DNA from: Acidimicrobiales bacterium | Lineage (GTDB): Bacteria > Actinomycetota > Acidimicrobiia > Acidimicrobiales > Acidimicrobilacustridaceae | Length of the DNA stretch: 64,000 nt | Assembly: GCA_965279255.1 (NCBI GenBank) | Contig: OZ257146.1 | Span: 2,091,219-2,155,218, forward strand | Direction: 5' to 3' | Shown: positions 28,577 to 36,972 of the stretch, in pieces | Layout of the letters: every line of letters begins with the position of its first letter | How positions within the stretch are numbered: the stretch's first letter is position 1 | Position numbers and translations under genes: made by a program | The notes under the pieces: generated by a model | Told to the model about the DNA's origin: nothing | The model's input: only the letters and a program-made list of their open reading frames with translations | Database searches by the model: none

Positions 28577-29808
28577 AGGGGCAGGTCGCCGGTGGCTCGC
28601 CGGGTGCTGCCGGTGTCGCGGAAGGCGTCGATGGTGCGCTGGGCGATGCGCATCTGGTGGATCTCGTCGGCGCCGTCGGCGAAGCGGGCCCACCGGGCCT
28701 GCTGGTACATGTGGGCGAGCGGGGTGTCGGTGGAGTAGCCGAGGGCGCCGTGCACCTGGATCGAGCGGTCGATGATGCGGTTCAGCGAGTTGGCCACGAA
28801 GTGCTTGGCCATGCTCACCTCGGCGGTGAAGTCGTCGCCCCGGTCGATCTTGTAGGCGGCGTGCAGCACCATCAGCTTGCACTGGTAGAGCTCCATCGCC
28901 GAGTCGGCGATCATCCACTGCACGCCCTGCTTCTCGGCCAGCACCGAGCCGTGGGAGAACCGCGCGAGCGACCGCTCGACCATCATGTCGAGGGCGATCT
29001 CGGCCTGGGCGATCCAGCGCATGCAGTGGGCGAGGCGGGCGGGGCCGAGGCGGTACTGGCCGAGCCGGTGGCCGTTGCCGCGGCCGCCGAGCAGGTTGGC
29101 GGCCGGCACCCGCAGGTCCTCGATCACGATCTCGGAGTGCCCCGTGGCGCCGTGCATCGTCTCGATCTGGCGGACCTCGTTCCACCCCTCCGACGGCAGG
29201 TCGACCAGGAACGCCGTGTTGGCGGCCTGGGGCATGTCGGGGTCGTCCTCGGTGCGGGCGACCAGGATGGCGAAGTCGGCCCGGTGGGCGTTGGAGATGA
29301 ACCACTTGTGGCCGTTGAGCACCCACTCCTCGCCGTCCTGCACGCCGTGGGTGCGGATCAGGGTGGGGTCGGAGCCGGCGACCTCCGGCTCGGTCATGGC
29401 GAAGCACGACCACGCCCGGCCGTCGCAGAGCGGGCGCAGGTAGCGCTCCTTCTGCTCGTCGGTGCCCCAGTGCAGCAGGGTGTGCATGTTGCCCTCGTCG
29501 GGGGCCTGGCAGTTCAGCACCCACGGGCCCAGGCGGGTGCGGGCGGCCTCGGCCTGCACCATGGCCAGCTCGACGTGGCCCAGGCCCATCCCACCCCACT
29601 CGGCGGGCATGTGGGGCAGCCAGAGGCCCTCGGCGACGGCCTGCTTCCGGAGGCCTCCGAGGGCGGCCCGGTAGGCCTGGCGGTCGGTCTCCTCCAGCCG
29701 TTCGTCGGCGATGCGCATCTCGGTGGGGCGGACGACGTCGTCGACGAAGGCGCGGACCCGGCCCCGGAGCTCCTCGAGCTCGGGGGCGAGGCTGAAGTCG
29801 ATGCTCAT
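28573..29808 (-). CDS. Acyl-CoA dehydrogenase
   Basis: C-terminal 411 aa of ORF 28573..31578, starting at ATG 29808. Motifs: CFAMTEPEVAGSDP, WVLNGHKWFISNA, QVHGALGYS, RFADGADEIH. Confidence 0.9.
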   Translation of the reverse strand: MSIDFSLAPELEELRGRVRAFVDDVVRPTEMRIADERLEETDRQAYRAALGGLRKQAVAEGLWLPHMPAEWGGMGLGHVELAMVQAEAARTRLGPWVLNCQAPDEGNMHTLLHWGTDEQKERYLRPLCDGRAWSCFAMTEPEVAGSDPTLIRTHGVQDGEEWVLNGHKWFISNAHRADFAILVARTEDDPDMPQAANTAFLVDLPSEGWNEVRQIETMHGATGHSEIVIEDLRVPAANLLGGRGNGHRLGQYRLGPARLAHCMRWIAQAEIALDMMVERSLARFSHGSVLAEKQGVQWMIADSAMELYQCKLMVLHAAYKIDRGDDFTAEVSMAKHFVANSLNRIIDRSIQVHGALGYSTDTPLAHMYQQARWARFADGADEIHQMRIAQRTIDAFRDTGSTRRATGDLPL

Positions 29809-29835
29809 GGCCAGGAGTCTGGCACCCCTCCCCTG

Positions 29836-29890
29836 CCGGAAACGGTGCGCTCTCGGCACGCCGGAGCGTGGGCTCTGGGCACCGTTTCGG
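29836..29890. terminator. Hairpin element downstream of pfk (family II)
   Basis: CCGGAAACGGTGC 29836..29848 pairs with GCACCGTTTCGG 29879..29890. The loop contains CACGCCGGAGC, matching the element at 10171..10220 block by block. Confidence 0.55.
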
Positions 29891-29903
29891 GAGAGTGGAC
29901 GGC

Positions 29904-30941
29904 TCAGCCGGCGAAGAAGACCTCGGCCACGCCGTGGTAGAGCGCGGGGTCGACGGTCTTGAGCACGCCGACGGCCTCGCTCAGCGGGACCCGCACGATC
30001 TCGCCGGCCTGGAGGGCGACCATCTGGCCGAAGGCGCCGTCGTGGACCGCGTCGATGGCGGCGATGCCGAAGCGGGTGGCGAGGATGCGGTCGAACGCCG
30101 TGGGGGTGCCGCCCCGCTGGACGTGGCCGAGGACGGTCTGGCGCGTCTCGTAGCCGGTGCGGGCCTCGATGGCCTCGGCCAGGAGGGTCCCGATGCCGCC
30201 CAGGCGGGCGTGGCCGAACTGGTCGATCTCGCCCGACACGAGCTCGATGGTGCCCTCCTTGGGCACCGCGCCCTCGGCGGCCACCACGATCGACGCCTGA
30301 CGGCCGAGCTCGTCGTGGCGGTGCCGGAGGGTGGCGCACACCTCGTCGATGTCGAAGGGCTCCTCGGGGATGAGGACGTTGGCCGCGCCGCCGGCGATGC
30401 CCGCCCAGGTGGCGATGTGGCCCGCATGGCGGCCCATGACCTCGACGACCATGACCCGGTTGTGCGATTCGGCCGTCGTGTGGAGTCGGTCGATGGCGTC
30501 GACGGCGATCTGCACGGCGGTGTCGAAGCCGAAGGTGAGCTCGGTGCCCGACAGGTCGTTGTCGATGGTCTTGGGCACGCCCACCACGTTCACGCCGAGC
30601 TCGTGCAGCTTGGCGGCCACGCCGAGGGTGTCCTCGCCTCCGATGGCGACGAGGGCGTCGATGCCGAGGCGCTCGAGGCTGGCCTTGCACGCGTCGACCC
30701 CGCCGTCGATCTTGAAGGGGTTCGTGCGGGACGAGCCGAGGATCGTGCCGCCACGGGAGAGGATCCCCCGGGTGGCGTTCACGTCGAGCGGGACGGTGTC
30801 GCCCTCGATGACCCCTCGCCAGCCGTCGCGGAACCCGAGGATGTCGTCGCCGTGCTCCCGCTCGGCCTTGCGGACGACGGCCCGGATCACTGCATTCAGC
30901 CCGGGGCAGTCGCCCCCGCCGGTCAGCATGGCTACGCGCAT
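29904..30941 (-). CDS. pfkA: 6-phosphofructokinase (phosphoryl donor specificity not determined)
   Basis: Motifs: MLTGGGDCPGLNAVIR, IGGEDTLG, PKTIDNDL, MGRHAGHIA, LGHVQRGG. Confidence 0.9.
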   Translation of the reverse strand: MRVAMLTGGGDCPGLNAVIRAVVRKAEREHGDDILGFRDGWRGVIEGDTVPLDVNATRGILSRGGTILGSSRTNPFKIDGGVDACKASLERLGIDALVAIGGEDTLGVAAKLHELGVNVVGVPKTIDNDLSGTELTFGFDTAVQIAVDAIDRLHTTAESHNRVMVVEVMGRHAGHIATWAGIAGGAANVLIPEEPFDIDEVCATLRHRHDELGRQASIVVAAEGAVPKEGTIELVSGEIDQFGHARLGGIGTLLAEAIEARTGYETRQTVLGHVQRGGTPTAFDRILATRFGIAAIDAVHDGAFGQMVALQAGEIVRVPLSEAVGVLKTVDPALYHGVAEVFFAG

Positions 30942-31059
30942 CTCTGCACCTCGTGAACGGTCGTGGGTGGAACCCGAGCCACCCTAGCGAGCGGCCCGGC
31001 GCCTGCTCGCCGGACCGTCCGCGAACTCTCGGTGAACGGCTGCCTAGGCTCACGCGTCC

Positions 31060-32562
31060 ATGGCCGTCGTGATCGCCATCGATGCCGGCACCACCGGGGT
31101 GCGGGCCATCGCCTTCGACCAACAGGGCCTGCCCACCGCGTCCGCCTACCGCGAGTTCCCGCAGCACTTCCCGAGACCGGGCTGGGTCGAGCACGACGCC
31201 GACCAGATCTGGGACGCCGTGGTCGACGTGCTGGGCGAGGTCGGGGCGGCCGTGCGTGACAGCGGCGAGACGATCGCCGCGCTGGGCATCACCGACCAGC
31301 GCGAGACGGTCGTGGCGTGGGACCGCCACACCGGCCGCCCGCTGCACCGGGCGATCGTGTGGCAGGACCGGCGCACCGCGGCCCGCTGCGACCAGCTCCG
31401 CGAGGCCGGCCACCTGGCGCTGGTCCGCTCGACCACCGGCCTCGTGCTCGACCCCTACTTCTCGGGCACGAAGCTCGAGTGGCTCTTCACCGAGGGAGGC
31501 GTGCGACCCGGGCCCCAGGTCGCCGTCGGCACCATCGACACCTGGCTGATCTGGAAGCTCACCGGCGGGACGGTCCACGCGACCGATGCGACCAACGCCA
31601 GCCGCACCATGCTCTTCGACATCCGCCGTGGCGGCTGGTCACCGGAGCTGTGCGAGCTGTTCGGCGTGCCCCTCGAGGTGCTGCCGTCGGTCGTGCCGTC
31701 GAGCGGTCGCCTGGCGGTCACCTCGGACACGTCGCCCCTCGGCGCCGGCGTGCCCATCAGCGGGGTGGCCGGCGATCAGCAGGCCTCGCTCTTCGGCCAG
31801 GCCTGCTTCGCCCCCGGCACGGCCAAGAACACCTACGGCACGGGCAGCTTCGTGCTGGTCAACGTGGGCCCGACCTGCCCTGAGCCGGTCGACGGCCTGC
31901 TCACCACCGTGGCCTGGTCGCTGCCCGGTGCCGACGGCGAGCCCGAGCTCACCTACGCCTACGAGGGCGCGATCTTCGTCACCGGTGCCGCCGTGCAGTG
32001 GCTGCGCGACGGCCTCGGGGTCATCGAGCGCTCGGCCGACGTCGACGCCCTCGCGGCCTCTGTGCCCGACAGCGACGGCGTGGTCGTGGTGCCCGCCTTC
32101 ACCGGCCTGGGCAGCCCCTGGTGGGACCCCTATGCCCGGGGCGCCATCCTCGGCATCACCCGGGGCACCACCCGCGCCCACATCGCCCGGGCGACCCTCG
32201 AGGCCATGGCGTTCCAGACCCGCGACGTCGTGGCCTGCATGGAGCGCGCCGCCGGCCGCCCGGTCGTCGCCCTGCGGGCCGACGGCGGCGCCGCCACCGA
32301 CCTGGTGCTCCAGCTCCAGGCCGACCAGCTGGGCATCCCGGTCTCCCGACCGGTCGTCGTCGACACCACCGCGCTGGGCGCGGCCTACCTGGCGGGCCTG
32401 GCCGAGGGCGTCTGGGGCTCGCTCGACGACATCACGGCCAACTGGGCCCTCGACACCGAGCTGGTGCCGGGGCCCGGGCGGGCCACGGCCGACGAGGCCC
32501 ACGCTCGCTGGTCCCGCGGCGTCGAGCGCTCGCGGGACTGGGCCGACACCGACCCCGCCTGA
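31060..32562 (+). CDS. glpK: Glycerol kinase
   Basis: Motifs: IDAGTTGVRAI, GWVEHD, ITDQRETVVAWD, IVWQDRRT, DPYFSGTKLEWL, GDQQASLFGQ. Confidence 0.95.
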   Translation: MAVVIAIDAGTTGVRAIAFDQQGLPTASAYREFPQHFPRPGWVEHDADQIWDAVVDVLGEVGAAVRDSGETIAALGITDQRETVVAWDRHTGRPLHRAIVWQDRRTAARCDQLREAGHLALVRSTTGLVLDPYFSGTKLEWLFTEGGVRPGPQVAVGTIDTWLIWKLTGGTVHATDATNASRTMLFDIRRGGWSPELCELFGVPLEVLPSVVPSSGRLAVTSDTSPLGAGVPISGVAGDQQASLFGQACFAPGTAKNTYGTGSFVLVNVGPTCPEPVDGLLTTVAWSLPGADGEPELTYAYEGAIFVTGAAVQWLRDGLGVIERSADVDALAASVPDSDGVVVVPAFTGLGSPWWDPYARGAILGITRGTTRAHIARATLEAMAFQTRDVVACMERAAGRPVVALRADGGAATDLVLQLQADQLGIPVSRPVVVDTTALGAAYLAGLAEGVWGSLDDITANWALDTELVPGPGRATADEAHARWSRGVERSRDWADTDPA

Positions 32563-32659
32563 CCGGACCCTCCCCTCTCGCCGTTGTTCTGGTGGAGGTC
32601 GCGCGTGACCGGCGACGCGGGATCACCAAGTCGGGACGGACCAGACCCCGGACGCGAAA

Positions 32660-32692
32660 CCGCCGGTGGCCGGACAAGCCGGCCACCGGCGG
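32660..32692. terminator. Perfect 14-bp stem / 5-nt loop hairpin between convergent glpK and the ACT-domain gene
   Basis: CCGCCGGTGGCCGG acaag CCGGCCACCGGCGG. Confidence 0.65.
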
Positions 32693-32751
32693 GACAGAGC
32701 TGGAACCGGAGGGGGGACCGGGACGCTCCGTCGGGGGGATCCGCCGCGGAT

Positions 32752-33447
32752 CTAGCGGGTCATCGAGGGGTGGGCCATGCGGGATGCGATCGCTCTCAGT
32801 TCGCGAAACCGGGTGTCGACGATGCGGGCCAACGCCGCCGCCTGCCTCCGTTCCCGGGCCCGGAAGGCCGTTCCGTTACGCCCCAGCACGAGCGCCAGGC
32901 CCGCCGAGGGAAGCGGGGCCCACGCCACGTCGGCGGGCCCGTGATCGCCGTCGGCCACCCGGGCCGAGCTCTGGCTTCCGGCCACGAAGGCCACGATCCA
33001 GCCCGCCGCCGGGGCCTCGGCCTCGCCGTCGGAGACGACGATCTGACCGGACTCGAGGTCGACCACCGCACCCCAGGCCGCACCGACCGTGCGCACGGCG
33101 TGCGAGCAGAGCTCCTCGATGGCGGACTCGGGGGTGGGGGCACCCACGAGCACCGCAGCGGTCTCGAGGGCGTCGAGGCGGGGATCGTGGAGGGCATCGA
33201 CCGCCAGGCGGATGTCCTCGACGTCGACGCCGTCGACCTGATGGATCTCGTTCACGAGGAGATCGACCAGGTCGGCACCGTCGTTGGGCAGCTCGACCAC
33301 GAGCTCGTCGATCGCCCGACCGGCACCCCGCTCGAGGATGTCGATGCCGGTGAGGTCACCACCGACCGCCCCGATCCGGCTCGCCAGGGCCCCGAGAGCA
33401 CCCGGACGATCCGGCATCCAGACCCGGAGGATGTAGGTGGTCTTCAT
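32752..33447 (-). CDS. ACT-domain protein with a C-terminal sensor-like domain
   Basis: Starts at ATG 33447. (M)KTTYILRVWMPDRPGALGALASRIGAVGGDLTGIDI is a typical ACT beta-alpha-beta start. The remainder was not recognised. Confidence 0.65.
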   Translation of the reverse strand: MKTTYILRVWMPDRPGALGALASRIGAVGGDLTGIDILERGAGRAIDELVVELPNDGADLVDLLVNEIHQVDGVDVEDIRLAVDALHDPRLDALETAAVLVGAPTPESAIEELCSHAVRTVGAAWGAVVDLESGQIVVSDGEAEAPAAGWIVAFVAGSQSSARVADGDHGPADVAWAPLPSAGLALVLGRNGTAFRARERRQAAALARIVDTRFRELRAIASRMAHPSMTR

Positions 33448-33555
33448 GGCTGGCACCGTACGGACCGACCGTGAACACGGTGTTTCGCCCCGGCGACCTC
33501 CCCGCGAACCCTCGTCAACCCCCTGGTCAGGGGACCGACGGGGTGGTGAGGCGGC

Positions 33556-34734
33556 TCAGGACTCGAGGCGGGTGAGGGCCCGGCGCAGGTTGCGCACGGC
33601 CTGCAGGGTGCGCTGCTCGTTCTCGATGAGCGCGAACCGCACGTGGCGGTCGCCGCCGGGGCCGAAGCCCACACCGGGCGAGACGGCCACGTGGGCCTCC
33701 TTCACCAGCATCGACGCGAACTCGACGGAGCCCATGTCGGAGTAGGCCTCGGGGATCGGGGCCCAGGTGAACATCGTGCCCTTCGGGGGCTCGACCTCCC
33801 AGCCGATGCGGTGGAGGCCGTCGCAGAGCGTGTCGCGCCGGCTCTGGTAGATCTCGTTGACCTCCTTGGGGAAGTCGTAGGCCTCGTTCAGCGTGACGGT
33901 GGCGGCGATCTGGATCGGCTGGAACGTGCCGTAGTCGAGGTAGCTCTTGAGCTTGGCCAGCGCGGCGATGACCTCGGCGTTGCCCAGCATGAACGCCACC
34001 CGCCAGCCGGCCATCGAGAACGACTTGGTCATCGAGTACAGCTCGACGGCGACCTCCTTGGCCCCCTCGGCCTGGAGGATGGACGGCGGCCGGTAGCCGT
34101 CGAAGCCGAGGTCGGCGTAGGCGTTGTCGTGGACGATGACGACCTCGCGCTCACGGGCGAAGTCGACGACCTTCTGCATGAAGTCGATGTCGACGCACGT
34201 GGTGGTGGGGTTGTGCGGGAACGACATCACGATCACGCGGGGCTTGGGCCAGGAGTACTCCCACGCCTCACGCAGGTTCTCGAAGAAGTCGACCCCGGTG
34301 CCGAGGGGCACCTCGCGGATGTCGGCGCCGGCGAACAACGGGCCGTAGATGTGGATCGGGTACGACGGCGACGGCACCAGCGCGGCGTCGCCGGGCTGGA
34401 GCAGGGTCCACATCAGGTGGGAGAACCCCTCCTTGGCCCCGATGGTGTTGATGACCTCGGTGTCGGGGTCGAGGGTGACGTCGAAGCGCCGCTGGTAGTA
34501 GTCGGCGATCGCCTGGCGCAGCTTGGGGATGCCCCGGCTGGCCGAGTAGCGGTGGTTGCGCGTGTTGTGGGCCGCCTCGGACAGCTTCTCGACTGCGATG
34601 TCGGGTGAGGGGAGGTCGGGGTTGCCGAACCCCAGGTCGATGACGTCGGCCCCGCTCCGGCGGGCTTCGACCTTCAGCGAGTCGATGATCGTGAAGACGT
34701 AGGGCGGCAACGACGTGATCCGGCGGAACTCCAT
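33556..34734 (-). CDS. Class I/II PLP-dependent aminotransferase (AlaT/AspC-like)
   Basis: Motifs: [53 protein letters not shown] (PLP lysine). Confidence 0.9.
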   Translation of the reverse strand: MEFRRITSLPPYVFTIIDSLKVEARRSGADVIDLGFGNPDLPSPDIAVEKLSEAAHNTRNHRYSASRGIPKLRQAIADYYQRRFDVTLDPDTEVINTIGAKEGFSHLMWTLLQPGDAALVPSPSYPIHIYGPLFAGADIREVPLGTGVDFFENLREAWEYSWPKPRVIVMSFPHNPTTTCVDIDFMQKVVDFAREREVVIVHDNAYADLGFDGYRPPSILQAEGAKEVAVELYSMTKSFSMAGWRVAFMLGNAEVIAALAKLKSYLDYGTFQPIQIAATVTLNEAYDFPKEVNEIYQSRRDTLCDGLHRIGWEVEPPKGTMFTWAPIPEAYSDMGSVEFASMLVKEAHVAVSPGVGFGPGGDRHVRFALIENEQRTLQAVRNLRRALTRLES

Positions 34735-34780
34735 GGTGCGAGGGTATCGGCTGGCGTCGGTGGCCTCCGAACGCCTTTGC

Positions 34781-35758
34781 TCACCTCGTGGCGAAGGGCG
34801 GCAGGGGCAGCGGCGCCGCCCGCAGCGCGGCGCCGATGACGCCGGCGTCGGAGCCGAGGGTTGCCACCTCGAGTCGGGCGGGGGGCCTCGAAGTCCCTCC
34901 GAGGGACTCGGCGACCATGACCTCGCGGGCCCGGTCGAGGTACAGGTCGGCGACGTCGGCCAGCCCTCCGCCGACGATGACCAGATCCGGGTCGAGCAGC
35001 GTCACCAGGTTGGCGAGCCCTATGCCGAGCCACGTGGCGAACTCGTCGATCACCGCCCCGGCACCCCGGTCGCCGTCACGGGCCGCCGCCACGACGTGCT
35101 CGCCACGCACGGCGGCGGCCGCGCCTGCCCGAGCGACCAGGCCGGGCGCGTCGCCGCGGTCGGCCGCGGCCTGGGCGAGCTGAGCCAGGCCGGTGCCCGA
35201 CGCGTACTGCTCCCAGCACCCCCGGCGCCCGCACGGGCACGGTGTGCCGTCGCGGTCGACGACCATGTGCCCCGGCTCGCCCGCCGCTCCGTGGGCCCCG
35301 TGGCGCAGGCGGCCGCCGATCACCAGTCCGCCGCCGATGCCGGTGCCGAGCGTGACCACCAAGACCTCCGATGCCCCCCGGCCGACACCGCAGGACACCT
35401 CGGCCCAGGCCGCGCAGTTGGCGTCGTTGTCGATGGTCACGGGCAGGCCGGCCGACGCGGCGAGGCTCGAGGCCAGCGGCAGGCCGATGAGACCCGGGGT
35501 GTGGGTGGCGTCGAAGAGCACCCCGTCGGGAGCCACGAGCCCCGGCAGCCCCACACCGACGCCCACGACCGGTCCCCGATCGAGGCCGACCGCCCCGTCG
35601 AGGAGCATGTGCACGACCTCGTCGATGGCGGCGTCGACGCCGGGGCCCGACGGCGTGGCCACCCGGCGCGAGCGCAGGAGCCGGGAGGGATCGTCGGTGT
35701 CGACGACAGCGGCGAGGATCTTGGTGCCGCCGACGTCGACACCGATGGCGAGTGCCAC
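34781..35758 (-). CDS. ROK-family glucokinase
   Basis: ORF 34781..35956 trimmed to GTG 35758. Motifs: [59 protein letters not shown]. Confidence 0.85.
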   Translation of the reverse strand: MALAIGVDVGGTKILAAVVDTDDPSRLLRSRRVATPSGPGVDAAIDEVVHMLLDGAVGLDRGPVVGVGVGLPGLVAPDGVLFDATHTPGLIGLPLASSLAASAGLPVTIDNDANCAAWAEVSCGVGRGASEVLVVTLGTGIGGGLVIGGRLRHGAHGAAGEPGHMVVDRDGTPCPCGRRGCWEQYASGTGLAQLAQAAADRGDAPGLVARAGAAAAVRGEHVVAAARDGDRGAGAVIDEFATWLGIGLANLVTLLDPDLVIVGGGLADVADLYLDRAREVMVAESLGGTSRPPARLEVATLGSDAGVIGAALRAAPLPLPPFATR

Positions 35759-35760
35759 CG

Positions 35761-36879
35761 TCAGTAGCGCAGCAAGGCGCCGATGCGGCCCAGCACGTCG
35801 AGGTCGGCGTTGCCGACGCACACCTCGACGTGGCAGCTCTGCCCGAGGGCCACGTCGACCACGTCGTGGATCACGTCGTCGACGTGGTCCATGGTCTGGC
35901 CGTCGACCGGGCAGGTGGGGCCCTTGGCCGCGAGGGCACCGCAGGCACAGCGCCAACCCGACTCGGTGTAGCCCTCGGAGACCAGGAGGTTGGCAGTCCG
36001 GCGCTCGTTCAGCGCGGTGAGGGTGTCGGGGAGCCCGACCACCGCCTTGCCACCGGCGCCGACCGCGTCGCGGAGCTTGGCGACGAGCGCGGCCTCCTTG
36101 GCCCGCTCGACCGCCTCCTCCACCACCAGAGCGGCGGCCCGGACCTCGGGCTCGGAGGCGCCGGCACCGACCCCGATGCGGGGTGAGAGGCGCTCACGCA
36201 GGTAGGGGTGCAGCAGGGGCTCGATCGCCGCGTTGATCTCGTCGGAGGCGCCGATGCTGAGCCGGCCGAAGCCGTTGTCCTGGTAGAGCCGGAAGGCGAC
36301 CTCGGCCGAGTGGCGCAGGTGCTGGGTGGCCAGCTCGTCGGTGTGGTCCTGAAGGCGGTCGTGCTGGCCGCGGCCGGCGTCGTCGATCTCGTCGTAGTCG
36401 CGCGGCAGCGCTTCGAACAGCTCGCTGTGCTCGACGAGCTCGCCGAACTGGAACACGAACATGCGGGCCCGCTGGCGGTCGACGAGGAGCACGCCGAGGG
36501 GCTCGAGCTCCTGGACGATGGACTCGAGGGTGCCGACGGCCGGGGACTGGTTGACCACGATGCGGTTGGCGACCGGGACGGGGAGGCCGATGACCTCCCA
36601 CAGGCCCTTCGGGGCGCAGGAGAAGATGGCGAGGCCGCGGATGCCGGAGCGGTCGAGGTGCTTGGCCACGTGCTCGGTGATGCGCTCGAGGTCGGCGCTG
36701 ACGGAACCACCCGACGGGCCGTTCGCCGCCTCCTTCACCAGTGCCGCGGCCCGCCGCTCGATGTCCTGGGGCCGCACCTGGCGGCGTCCGTCGACGTCGA
36801 GGTAGCAGCTGACGACGGGTGCGTCGTCGCTCCTGAACCCGGCGAGCTCCTTGATGGCGGCTTCGGTGATCACGGGCAC
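35761..36879 (-). CDS. Archaeo-eukaryotic release factor (eRF1/Pelota)-like protein, bacterial family
   Basis: 372 aa. The central-domain pattern LGVLLVDRQRARMFVFQFGELVE is followed about 30 residues later by a DDAGRGQHDR loop, compared with GRGGQS in eRF1. The C-terminal domain ends ADLDVLGRIGALLRY. This call rests on pattern recognition only. Confidence 0.55.
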   Translation of the reverse strand: MPVITEAAIKELAGFRSDDAPVVSCYLDVDGRRQVRPQDIERRAAALVKEAANGPSGGSVSADLERITEHVAKHLDRSGIRGLAIFSCAPKGLWEVIGLPVPVANRIVVNQSPAVGTLESIVQELEPLGVLLVDRQRARMFVFQFGELVEHSELFEALPRDYDEIDDAGRGQHDRLQDHTDELATQHLRHSAEVAFRLYQDNGFGRLSIGASDEINAAIEPLLHPYLRERLSPRIGVGAGASEPEVRAAALVVEEAVERAKEAALVAKLRDAVGAGGKAVVGLPDTLTALNERRTANLLVSEGYTESGWRCACGALAAKGPTCPVDGQTMDHVDDVIHDVVDVALGQSCHVEVCVGNADLDVLGRIGALLRY

Positions 36880-36972
36880 GGCGCCTCCTCGATCCGGCTG
36901 ATGCTCCGATGGTAGGCCGATCCGCTCACCGTGTTCCCACGGGGCGAATGAGCCCGTCGCTGTCGGTGCGGC

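Noticed and set aside
29904-30941. Assigning the phosphofructokinase as ATP- versus PPi-dependent from the GGEDTLG motif.
   Set aside because: I cannot reliably recall which residue combination discriminates the actinobacterial enzymes. This needs alignment to characterised ATP- and PPi-PFKs.
32563-32659. Possible small RNA or element between the glpK stop and the 14-bp hairpin.
   Set aside because: Only weak partial inverted repeats are present (GTGACC...GGATCAC). Nothing distinguishes it from ordinary 3' UTR sequence.
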